Notes: generated by a model from the sequence alone, not told the origin. 24,000 nt of DNA from Propionibacteriaceae bacterium (GCA_044508675.1 JBIQHF010000012.1:19255-43254); one strand, 5' to 3'; counted from the stretch's first letter, positions 8,576 to 15,648 are shown. Numbers and translations: made by a program.

Positions 8576-10291
8576 TCAGTCGGCGACCACCTTCGCGTAC
8601 GTGGGGAACCACATCGACTCGAAGATGTCCTGCACCGGGTCCGCCAGCGGCCGGGACGCCAGCCCCTCGGCCTCGGCCGTCTCGGCCACGGCCAGCGCGA
8701 CTGTCGCCGACACCGACCGCAGCTCCTGGATGCCGGGCAGGAGGGAGGACCCGAGCCGCTTGGCCTGGCCGAGGCTGGCCAGGGCGCGCGCGGAGGCCGC
8801 GATCATCGCGTCGGAGATCCGTGCGGCCCGGCAGGCCGTCACGGCCAGGCCGATGCCGGGGAAGACCAGGGCATTGTTGGCCTGCGCGATGTCGTACGTC
8901 AGGCCCTTGTAGGCGACCGGCTCGAACGGGGAGCCGGTCGCGATCAGGGCTCGGCCCTCGGTCCACTCCAGCAGGTCGGCAGGCTCTGCCTCGGCGCGCA
9001 CGGTGGGATTCGACAGCGGCATGATGATGGGCCGCTCGACATGGGAGGCCATCTCCCGGATGATCGACGCGGTGAAGGCCCCGCCCTGGGCCGAGGCGCC
9101 GATCAGGACGGTCGGGTGCACGTTGCGCACCACGTCGGCCAGCCCGACCTGCCCGGGGGAGTCCAACCGCCAGCCGGCGAGCTCGGCATCGCCACGCGCA
9201 TACTCCTCCTGGAAGGGGCGCATCCGGCCGTTCAGGCCCTCCCGCAGCAGACCCTTGGAGCCGAGCGCCCAGAAGCGCTGGTTCGCCGCCTCCCGGCTCA
9301 GCCCCTCCTCGACCATCATGTCGCGCAGCAGTTCGGCGATGCCGATCCCGGCGGTGCCGGCGCCGTGGACCACGATCCGCTGGTCGGCCAGGGTCGACCC
9401 CTCGATCTGGAGGGCGGAGATGATGGCGGCGACGACGACCGCGGCGGTGCCCTGGATGTCGTCGTTGAAGGCGCAGTAGTCGTGTCGGTAGGTATCCAGC
9501 ACGCGGTGGGCGTTGGCGGCGCCGAAGTCCTCGAAGTGGATCATGGCGTGCGGGAACATCTGGTTGGCCGTTTCCATGAACTGCCGGACGAAGGCGTCGT
9601 ACCGCTCGCCCCGGACCCGGGCGTGGCGTACGCCCAGGTAGGCCTCCTCGCTGAGCAGGGCAAGGTTGTCGGTGCCGACGTCGAGGACGACCGGGAGCAC
9701 CCGCTGCGGGTGGATCCCCGCAGCAGCAGTGTAGATGGCTAGCTTGCCGACGGTGATCCGTACCCCACCGACGCCCTGGTCGCCGATCCCGAGGATGCCC
9801 TCGGAGTCGGTGACGACGATCAGGTCGAGGTCATCGGAGCCATGGCCGTACGAGGCCAGCGCCTCCGCCATCTCGTCGGGGTGCTCGATCGAGAGGAACA
9901 CCCCGCGCGGACGCTGCATCCACTGGCTGTACTTCTGGATCGCCTCACCGATGGTCGGGGTGTAGACGATCGGCAGCATCTCCTCCAGGTGCTCCGAGAG
10001 CAGGCGGTAGTACAGCACCTCGTTGCGGTCGTGGATCGCCTCGAGGAAATTGTTCTTGGCCAGGGCCGTCGGCTGCTCGTGGAACTGCTCGTAGACCTTC
10101 TTCAGCTGGGAGTTCATCGACGTCTCCCCGGGCGGCAACAGGCCGGTGACCCCCAAGGCCTCGCGGTCGGAGTGTCGGAAGGCGGTGCCCTGGTTGACCA
10201 TCGGCAGCGCCAGTACGGCTCGGCCCCGGACATGCACGTGCACTTCTTCGCCCTCGGGCCCTGTCATGAACTCGTACGGTGCGTTCCCCAT
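8576..10291 (-). CDS. NAD(P)-dependent malic enzyme (large, SfcA/MaeA type)
   Basis: 572 aa from the ATG at 10291 (MGNAPYEFMTGPEG...). Family-typical stretches are MVNQGTAF, IVYTPTIGEAIQKY, VVTDSEGILGIGDQG, FNDDIQGTAAV and VVHGAGTAGIGIA. The longer 10471 start adds only an Arg/Pro/Thr-rich shadow sequence. Confidence 0.92.
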   Translation of the reverse strand: MGNAPYEFMTGPEGEEVHVHVRGRAVLALPMVNQGTAFRHSDREALGVTGLLPPGETSMNSQLKKVYEQFHEQPTALAKNNFLEAIHDRNEVLYYRLLSEHLEEMLPIVYTPTIGEAIQKYSQWMQRPRGVFLSIEHPDEMAEALASYGHGSDDLDLIVVTDSEGILGIGDQGVGGVRITVGKLAIYTAAAGIHPQRVLPVVLDVGTDNLALLSEEAYLGVRHARVRGERYDAFVRQFMETANQMFPHAMIHFEDFGAANAHRVLDTYRHDYCAFNDDIQGTAAVVVAAIISALQIEGSTLADQRIVVHGAGTAGIGIAELLRDMMVEEGLSREAANQRFWALGSKGLLREGLNGRMRPFQEEYARGDAELAGWRLDSPGQVGLADVVRNVHPTVLIGASAQGGAFTASIIREMASHVERPIIMPLSNPTVRAEAEPADLLEWTEGRALIATGSPFEPVAYKGLTYDIAQANNALVFPGIGLAVTACRAARISDAMIAASARALASLGQAKRLGSSLLPGIQELRSVSATVALAVAETAEAEGLASRPLADPVQDIFESMWFPTYAKVVAD

Positions 10292-10364
10292 GGAGTCCAC
10301 ACTAGCGAGGGCTACGACACCACCCGTAGGAGGATCGCGGCCACTGGGGGCAGGCCGGCGATGG

Positions 10365-10868
10365 TCACTGGGGGCCGGTGAGGCCGGCGATGCCACCGGC
10401 GGCGGGCAGGCCGGCCAGGACGTACTCGTCGTACACGTCCTGCCAGCGGTACAGGTCCTCCAGCTCCTCACCGCGCAGGCAGAGCTCCAGGCGGCTGAGG
10501 CAATTGGTCCAGCCGGCCGCGTTGAGGGCCGCCATGTCCTTCTCGGCGAGGAACATGGTCATGGTCAGCATCGTGGCGCCGCCGTCCGGGATCAGGTCGA
10601 ACCAGACCTCGTCGGGGCCGAAGGTGAAGCCGAGGCGCTCGGCCTTCTCGTACGCCAGGACCTCTCCCAGCAGCGGCTCGGTGCCCTCGTTGCCGAACAC
10701 GACCAGACCACCTTCGCGGGGTTCGATGAAGACGTGGCCGGGGAACCAGTTGTCGAGGCGACGGGTCTCGGTCAGGGACAGCCACACGCGCTCCGGTGAG
10801 GCGGGGTGGTGAAGCATGAATCGCAGGGCAGGGCGGCCTTGGTAGGTGCGGAAGGTTCCGAGGTCCAT
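10365..10868 (-). CDS. SRPBCC-superfamily protein (Aha1/activator-of-Hsp90-ATPase-like, PF08327-like)
   Basis: 167 aa from the ATG at 10868, preceded by AGGAG (10875-10879, minus). Sequence LRFMLHHPASPERVWLSLTETRRLDNWFP... is typical of AHSA1-type SRPBCC proteins. The longer 11054 start runs through promoter-like AT-rich DNA. Confidence 0.72.
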   Translation of the reverse strand: MDLGTFRTYQGRPALRFMLHHPASPERVWLSLTETRRLDNWFPGHVFIEPREGGLVVFGNEGTEPLLGEVLAYEKAERLGFTFGPDEVWFDLIPDGGATMLTMTMFLAEKDMAALNAAGWTNCLSRLELCLRGEELEDLYRWQDVYDEYVLAGLPAAGGIAGLTGPQ

Positions 10869-10890
10869 GGATTGCTCCTGTCGTCGGTGC

Positions 10891-10907
10891 GGAGGGCCGG
10901 GCCCTCC
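10891..10907. promoter_or_regulatory. Perfect 17-bp palindrome (operator-like)
   Basis: GGAGGGCC-g-GGCCCTCC, 8+8 perfect inverted repeat. It lies 23-39 nt upstream of the SRPBCC start codon, inside its predicted 5' leader. Confidence 0.4.
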
Positions 10908-10951
10908 CACGTGGGGAAAGTCGCGTGTGCACCGGTGAACACTGCAGGCGG

Positions 10952-10972
10952 CGGGAAACCACCACGGGAAAC
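10952..10972. repeat. Direct repeat CGGGAAAC x2 (13-bp register) at the predicted minus-strand transcription start
   Basis: CGGGAAAC occurs at 10952-10959 and 10965-10972. On the minus strand this reads TATTAT-GTTTCCCG-TGGTG-GTTTCCCG. Confidence 0.45.
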
Positions 10973-10978
10973 ATAATA
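10973..10978 (-). promoter_or_regulatory. Candidate -10 box (TATTAT) for the SRPBCC/malic enzyme unit
   Basis: Plus-strand ATAATA at 10973-10978 reads TATTAT on the minus strand, in the only AT-rich patch of the intergenic region. No good -35 element. Confidence 0.35.
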
Positions 10979-10990
10979 CGTGCTGAACCC

Positions 10991-11018
10991 TTGACATGTG
11001 GGAGGTGTTGCGTCTAAT
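10991..11018 (+). promoter_or_regulatory. Near-consensus sigma-70/SigA-type promoter upstream of the TIGR03936 gene
   Basis: TTGACA (10991-10996), 16-nt spacer, TCTAAT (11013-11018). Predicted TSS is near 11025, giving a leader of about 83 nt before the GTG at 11108. Confidence 0.5.
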
Positions 11019-11107
11019 GGCAATCGTGTGGCATCGGTCACCGTCGAGGTCCACCGGTCACGTCCGTGGCCGATCATGGGGTCGGGCGGCAGGTAGTGTG
11101 ACCGAAC

Positions 11108-11815
11108 GTGGCACAGAAGCAACCAGAACAGCAGGCCCCGCCGGTGCAACGGCTCCAGATCCGTTACGCCAAGCGTGGCCGCGGCAGGTTCACGTCGCAC
11201 CGCGACTTCACCCGTGCGTTCGAGCGTGCCCTCCGGCGTGCCCACGTGCCGATGGCCTATTCGTCCGGTTTCAATCCCCACCCCCGTATCTCGTACGCGA
11301 ACTCCTCGCCGACCGGTGCCGCGACCGAGGCCGAGTACCTGGAGATCGGTCTGGCCGAGGTCTGCGACGCGCAGAAGGTGCTGGCCTCGCTCAACGAGGC
11401 GATGCCCGAGGGGCTGGTCCTGCGCGAGATTCGCGAAGTGGAGGGCGGCAAGGTCGGTGACGGCCTCGAGGCGTCGGTCTGGCGGGTCGAGTTGCCCGGC
11501 GCCGACGCCCCTGTCATGGCCGCCGCGGTCCGGGAGTTCCTCGAGCTCGACAGTGTCGAGACCGAACGGATGACCAAGCACGGGCCGCGCCGGTTCGACG
11601 CGCGTGCCGACGTCAAGGGCATCAGCGCCTACGCCACCGACGGCATTCCGGTGCTGGACCTGGTGATCGCCCACAACGAGCCGTTGGTCCGCCCCGACGA
11701 CGTCCTGCGGGTGCTCCAGGCGTTGCACCCGGAGTTCACGGTGGTGGACCCGCCGAAGCTCACCCGCCTGGTCCAGGGCCGACTGGAGCTCAATCGGGTC
11801 ATCGCGCCCTGGTGA
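11108..11815 (+). CDS. TIGR03936-type radical-SAM-associated protein (DUF2344)
   Basis: The GTG-started 235-aa ORF contains RLQIRYAKRGRGRFTSHRDFTRAFERALRRAHVPMAYSSGFNPHPRISYANSSPTGAATEAEYLEIGL, the hallmark N-terminal region of this family. Confidence 0.85.
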   Translation: MAQKQPEQQAPPVQRLQIRYAKRGRGRFTSHRDFTRAFERALRRAHVPMAYSSGFNPHPRISYANSSPTGAATEAEYLEIGLAEVCDAQKVLASLNEAMPEGLVLREIREVEGGKVGDGLEASVWRVELPGADAPVMAAAVREFLELDSVETERMTKHGPRRFDARADVKGISAYATDGIPVLDLVIAHNEPLVRPDDVLRVLQALHPEFTVVDPPKLTRLVQGRLELNRVIAPW

Positions 11816-11839
11816 GCGCAGCCCCCGCCCGCCCCCGGG

Positions 11840-12748
11840 TCAGGCGGCGACTTCGCGCGAGGCCTGCTCGGCAGGGTGCACTTCGGTCCCCCGGCGGTAG
11901 GACAGCATCAGGTCGGTCGCCGCGATCGTCACCAGGCAGATGCCGAGCAGGTGCAGGATGATCGGGCCGCGGGGCAGGCCGGTGAAGTACTGGAAGTAGC
12001 CGACCGCGCCCTGCAGGAGCAGCACTACCAGCAGCGTCCACGTCTGGCGGCTGCGCAGCCGTACGATGAGGTAGATCGTGATCAGGACCAGCAGCCAGAC
12101 GCTCCAGGCATGGACCTTGGCGATCGTCTCCAGGTCCAGCCCGGTGCGCGGTGCGGTGATGTCGCCGGCGTGCGGGCCGGAGCCGGTGACCAGGGTGCCG
12201 AGGTAGATCGCGATCCAGGTCAGGACGTACGCCACCCTGGTCAACGCCACCGGACCGGCCGGGGCCACGTGTGTGGGCCGGCGCCAGGTGATGTGGGCGA
12301 TCCAGGTGCAGATGCTGATCAGCGCCACCGACAGCAGCAGGTGGATCGAGACCATGTACGGGCTGAGGTCGACCCAGACCGTGATGCCGCCGATGACTGC
12401 CTGCAGGACGATGCCGCCGAGCACCAGCCCGGTGAGCGTACGCACCCGCGGCACCGGGGCACCGTTCACCCGGGTGCGCCAGGCGGCGATGAGGTTGCCG
12501 ATCGCGATGATGATCAGCACGAACGTCAGCAGCCGGTTGCCGAACTCGATTGCCCCGTGGATGCCGTTCTCGGGCAGCGTGACGTACGAGTCGGGGGTGC
12601 ATCTGGGCCATTCGGAGCAGCCGAGGCCGGAACCGGTGAGGCGTACGACACCGCCGGTCAGGATGATGGCGCTGTTGGCGATCAGGTTCGCCAGGGACCA
12701 GCCGCGCAGTGCGCCCCCGGTTCCGAACAGCCGGGTCAGGAAGTCCAT
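11840..12748 (-). CDS. ctaA: Heme A synthase (COX15/CtaA family)
   Basis: 302-aa polytopic protein. N-terminal region GGVVRLTGSGLGCSEWPRCTPDSY with the conserved Cys pair and following His-containing helices is typical of CtaA. Start overlaps the permease stop by 13 nt. Confidence 0.87.
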   Translation of the reverse strand: MDFLTRLFGTGGALRGWSLANLIANSAIILTGGVVRLTGSGLGCSEWPRCTPDSYVTLPENGIHGAIEFGNRLLTFVLIIIAIGNLIAAWRTRVNGAPVPRVRTLTGLVLGGIVLQAVIGGITVWVDLSPYMVSIHLLLSVALISICTWIAHITWRRPTHVAPAGPVALTRVAYVLTWIAIYLGTLVTGSGPHAGDITAPRTGLDLETIAKVHAWSVWLLVLITIYLIVRLRSRQTWTLLVVLLLQGAVGYFQYFTGLPRGPIILHLLGICLVTIAATDLMLSYRRGTEVHPAEQASREVAA

Positions 12749-13515
12749 CGGAATGCCTTTCGTGCCGTCAGTACAGCCAGTACCGACCAGACCAAGCCTA
12801 CGACGAGCGACCCCCAGGAGACCGCCCCTTGCGACCAGGCGCGCAGTGACTCACCGACCGCAGCGGTCGGGAGCAGCGCGACGACGGGCTGCACGAGGGC
12901 GGGGTAGGAGGCCACCGGTAGCACCACGGCGCCGACCATCAGCAGTACCAGGTAGATCAGGTTCGCCAGGCCGAGGGTGACCTCTGCGCGCAGGGTGCCG
13001 CCCAGCAGCATGCCCAGGCCGGCGAAGGCGATCCCGCCGAGGACCACCGTGGCCAGCATCACCACCGTCGGCAGGACCCCGCCCTGGGGTCGCCAGCCGA
13101 GGGCCAGGGCGATGATTGCCAGGATCGCGAGCTGGCCGAGCGACACCAGCACCAGGGCCAGCGCCTTGCCGAGCAGGAGCCCGCCGCGACCCAGCGGGGT
13201 CGGGGAGAGCCGCTCCAGGACCCCGTAGCGTCGTTCGAAACCGACGCTGATCGCCACCGAGGTGAAGCAGGTCGACCAGATCGCCAGGGCCATCACGCCG
13301 GGGGCGAGCGTGTCGAAGTCGAGGTCGAGCTGCGGCCCGAACCACCTGCCGGCGACCAGGAAGGCGATCGGGATCACCAGCGCGAGCAGGAGTTGCTCGC
13401 CGTTGCGCACCAGCAGGTTCGCCTCGGTGAGGGCGTGGTTCCGGATCCGGCGGCCGGTCGGCGCCGCGCCCGGGGCGGGGGAGTAGTCGAGGGTGGTCAC
13501 GGGCTCTCCGGTCAT
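12736..13515 (-). CDS. ABC-2 type transporter permease
   Basis: 259 aa with six predicted TM helices and ABC-2 permease architecture. Sits in an operon with the ATPase at 14864-15583 and with ctaA. Confidence 0.8.
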   Translation of the reverse strand: MTGEPVTTLDYSPAPGAAPTGRRIRNHALTEANLLVRNGEQLLLALVIPIAFLVAGRWFGPQLDLDFDTLAPGVMALAIWSTCFTSVAISVGFERRYGVLERLSPTPLGRGGLLLGKALALVLVSLGQLAILAIIALALGWRPQGGVLPTVVMLATVVLGGIAFAGLGMLLGGTLRAEVTLGLANLIYLVLLMVGAVVLPVASYPALVQPVVALLPTAAVGESLRAWSQGAVSWGSLVVGLVWSVLAVLTARKAFRWTS

Positions 13516-13532
13516 CGAATACCGCCCGAGAA

Positions 13533-13557
13533 TTCCCTGGCTTCAGCCGTGGGGAGG
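13533..13557 (+). repeat. LE subterminal imperfect palindrome (left copy of flanking direct repeat)
   Basis: TTCCCTGGCTTCAGCCGTGGGGAGG matches 14837-14861 at 19 of 25 positions. It folds as CCC-TGGC-ttca-GCCG-(T bulge)-GGG. Confidence 0.55.
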
Positions 13558-13673
13558 AGAGGGTGGCTGTGCGTGTGGTGCAGTAGGGTGTGGGCAGCCC
13601 TCGGAGTCCGTTCTTGGCGGTCCGGACTCGACGAGGGCCTAGCCGCAACACCTTGACAAGAAGGGTTGGGGCT

Positions 13674-14828
13674 GTGTCCCACCGTAGCGAAGTTGTGCGC
13701 TACACGTACAGGCTGCGTCCTGGCGTGCAAGCGGAGTGTGCGCTGCTCGCGGAGTGGGGCCGGTGTCGGTGGTTGTGGAACGAGGCTGTCCACCAGTTCA
13801 GGTCCGGACGGAAGCCAACCCTGGCGAAGCTCAGCCGGCTGCTGACCGAAGCGAGGAAAACGAATGCGTGGTTGCGCGATGGCTGGCAGAACGCACAGCA
13901 GGCCACCCTGCGAGCCTTCTCGTCCGCGCTGCATCACTCGTTCAGCGTGAAGGGGCGAGGGCGCCCCCGGGTCAAGAAGCGCAAGGGCTCGCGGCCGTCG
14001 TTGGAGTTCTCCCGCAACGGGTTCGCCATCATCGATGGGCGACTGCGGCTGCCGAAGGGAACGCTGATCCCGGTGGTGTGGTCCCGCGAGCTTCCCTCCG
14101 AGCCGACCAGTGTCCGGGTCTATCAGGACTCGCTGGGGCATTGCTACGCCTCCTTCGTGGTGCGCCGTGAGATTGAACCCTTGCCCGAGGTGGACGGGGC
14201 CATCGGGATCGACTGGGGCGTGTCCACTACTGCGACCACGACCGATCCGGGCTACGACCTGCCGCACATTGGGGCGCGGAAGGCCGCCGCGAAGGATCTC
14301 GCAACCGCGCAGCGAAAGATGTCCCGCCGACACCGGCCCAAGGGACAGGCCCAGTCGCAGGGCTACCGGCGTGCCCGGCGCGAAGCAGCCAGGGTCACCA
14401 AGAGAGCCCAACGCCGTAACACCCATGAGGGCCGGGTGTGGGCCCGAAAGATTGTCACCGACCACCAGCTGATCGCGATCGAGGACTTTCGGCCGAAGTT
14501 CCTGGCCAGGTCCACGATGGCTCGCAAGGCCGCTGACGCTGCCATCGGAATTGTCAAGCGGACGTTGGTCGAGTATGCCGAGCGGGCTGGCCGGAAGGTG
14601 GTGCTGGTGCAGCCCGCCTACACGACGATGACGTGCAGTGCATGCTTTGCGAGAACCAAGCGGCTGATGCTGGACGAACGTACTTTCGTGTGTCCCTGCT
14701 GCGGATTGGTCGAGGAGCGGGACCGCAACGCCGCCAGGGTGATCCTGGCTGTGGCAGAACGGGGCCACACTTCTGTTGAGAGCGTCAGACATACGGAACC
14801 TCCTTTCGAGGCTTCGGGTGCTGCTTGA
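13674..14828 (+). CDS. tnpB: TnpB RNA-guided endonuclease (IS200/IS605 OrfB)
   Basis: N-terminal VVRYTYRLRPGVQAE...WNEAV resembles the TnpB start. The RuvC triad is D in IGIDWGV (14211), E in IAIEDF (14481) and D in ERDRNAA (14721). The Zn finger is CSAC...CPCC (14634-14702). Start is ambiguous: GTG 13674 is preferred (AAGGG upstream), with alternatives GTG 13695 or 13590. Confidence 0.9.
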   Translation: MSHRSEVVRYTYRLRPGVQAECALLAEWGRCRWLWNEAVHQFRSGRKPTLAKLSRLLTEARKTNAWLRDGWQNAQQATLRAFSSALHHSFSVKGRGRPRVKKRKGSRPSLEFSRNGFAIIDGRLRLPKGTLIPVVWSRELPSEPTSVRVYQDSLGHCYASFVVRREIEPLPEVDGAIGIDWGVSTTATTTDPGYDLPHIGARKAAAKDLATAQRKMSRRHRPKGQAQSQGYRRARREAARVTKRAQRRNTHEGRVWARKIVTDHQLIAIEDFRPKFLARSTMARKAADAAIGIVKRTLVEYAERAGRKVVLVQPAYTTMTCSACFARTKRLMLDERTFVCPCCGLVEERDRNAARVILAVAERGHTSVESVRHTEPPFEASGAA

Positions 14829-14887
14829 GGTTGAGATCCCCCGGCTCCAGCCGTTGGGAACCGTTAAGGGCGCATCCGGTTGTCGGT
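14700..14887 (+). ncRNA. Predicted omega-RNA (reRNA) scaffold plus flanking guide; limits approximate
   Basis: By analogy with characterised TnpB systems, the RNA overlaps the tnpB 3' end and RE. Visible stem-loops are GCCAGG/CCTGGC (14733-14749), TGTGGC/GCCACA (14750-14769), an imperfect GGAACCTC/GAGGCTTC (about 14794-14815) and the RE hairpin (14839-14858). The guide would start at the RE junction (14868). Confidence 0.4.
14837..14861 (+). repeat. RE subterminal imperfect palindrome (right copy of flanking direct repeat)
   Basis: TCCCCCGGCTCCAGCCGTTGGGAAC folds as CCC-CGGC-tcca-GCCG-(TT bulge)-GGG. The stem change relative to LE is compensatory: T.G becomes C-G. Confidence 0.55.
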
Positions 14888-15583
14888 GTGGGCGAGGAAG
14901 ACGTCCTCCAGCGTGCCGCCGTCGGCGGTCAGTTCCCTGAGGGTTCCCGACAGGGCGATGCGGCCGTGGTCGATGATCCAGATCTGGTCGGCCAGCTCGG
15001 CGGCCTCGTCCATCAGGTGGGTGGTGAGCAGCACCGAGACGCCGGCCTCGCGCAGGTCACGGACCAGCGACCACACCGAGCGGCGGGAGTGCGGGTCCAT
15101 CCCGGCGGTCGGTTCGTCGAGGAACACCAGGTCGGGGCGGCCGATGATGGCGCCGGCCAGGTTGACGGCCTGCTGCTGGCCACCGGAGAGCCGGCGGTAC
15201 GGGGTCGAGGCGAAGTCGTGCAGGCCCAGCCGGTCCGCGAGCGGCTCGACCGGCAGCGGGTTGGCGTGCAGGGAGGCCAGGTAGCGCAGCAGCTCCAGCG
15301 GCCTGATCCCGGACCAGGCTCCGGCGCTCTGCGGCATCAGCCCGACCCGGCCGTGCGCGCCGGCGGTGGCGGCATCGGTCCCCATGATCCGGATCGTGCC
15401 CGAGTCGGGAACGAGGATGCCGGTGCAGCAGCGGATCAGCGTGGTCTTGCCGGCGCCGTTGGGCCCGAGCAGCGCTGTCACCTGGCCGCGCTGGGCCTCC
15501 AGGGAGAGGTCGTCGATGATGGTGCGCCCGCCGAGGCGTACGACGAGGTCGTCGATCCGGAGGGCGGCTGGGACATCTGGCAC
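14864..15583 (-). CDS. ABC transporter ATP-binding protein
   Basis: Walker A GPNGAGKT, signature LSGGQQQ, Walker B LVFLDEPTAGMD and H-loop TTHLMDE. GTG start at 15583. The TAA stop lies inside the predicted IS right end. Confidence 0.92.
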   Translation of the reverse strand: MPDVPAALRIDDLVVRLGGRTIIDDLSLEAQRGQVTALLGPNGAGKTTLIRCCTGILVPDSGTIRIMGTDAATAGAHGRVGLMPQSAGAWSGIRPLELLRYLASLHANPLPVEPLADRLGLHDFASTPYRRLSGGQQQAVNLAGAIIGRPDLVFLDEPTAGMDPHSRRSVWSLVRDLREAGVSVLLTTHLMDEAAELADQIWIIDHGRIALSGTLRELTADGGTLEDVFLAHTDNRMRP

Positions 15584-15595
15584 GTGGTGAGTCTA
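15584..15595 (-). promoter_or_regulatory. Candidate -10 (TAGACT) placed 6 nt before the GTG start, suggesting a leaderless ABC operon mRNA
   Basis: Minus strand reads TAGACT-caccac-GTG. It has the actinobacterial TANNNT form, no SD sequence and no convincing -35. Confidence 0.3.
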
Positions 15596-15620
15596 GGCGC
15601 CTGTCAGCGGGGAGAGCGGC

Positions 15621-15648
15621 GGGACCCGGGCGCTGGACCCCGGGCCCC
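15621..15648 (-). terminator. Candidate GC-rich stem-loop ending the seven-gene operon
   Basis: Minus-strand RNA GGGGCCCGGG-gtccagcg-CCCGGGUCCC forms a 10-bp stem with one G.U pair. It lies about 30 nt after the ALDH stop. No U tract. Confidence 0.3.

Larger units (their letters stand above)
13516..14867 (+). mobile_element. TnpB-only IS200/IS605-family element (IS1341-like, no tnpA); boundaries inferred
   Basis: Fills the whole gap between two ABC genes that normally abut. Has similar bulged hairpins near both ends (13535-13553, 14839-14858) in direct orientation and a single intact tnpB reading LE to RE. A/T-ending codons are visibly more frequent than in the neighbours. In-silico excision restores an ATGA stop/start overlap. 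Confidence 0.7.

Noticed and set aside
10339-10375. Direct repeat GG(C/T)CACTGGGGGC x2 around the SRPBCC stop codon
   Set aside because: It is a short 13-bp imperfect repeat, half of it coding, with no dyad symmetry and no positional logic relative to the malic enzyme -10. It is probably a chance match.
10292-10471. Longer N-terminal extensions offered by the ORF track for the malic enzyme (10471), SRPBCC protein (11054), alpha/beta-fold protein (18280), MrpF (3830) and TnpB (13590)
   Set aside because: The extensions are compositionally aberrant (Arg/Pro/Thr/Ser-rich), overlap upstream genes or promoter-like DNA, and lack homology-like sequence. The internal starts have an SD or leaderless -10 signals and give family-typical N-termini.
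13653-13658. Perfect TTGACA hexamer upstream of tnpB as its promoter
   Set aside because: No acceptable -10 lies at 16-19 nt; the sequence there is GTCCCA/CCCACC, inside the start-codon region. It may be coincidental or part of the IS left end, so it is not reported as a promoter.
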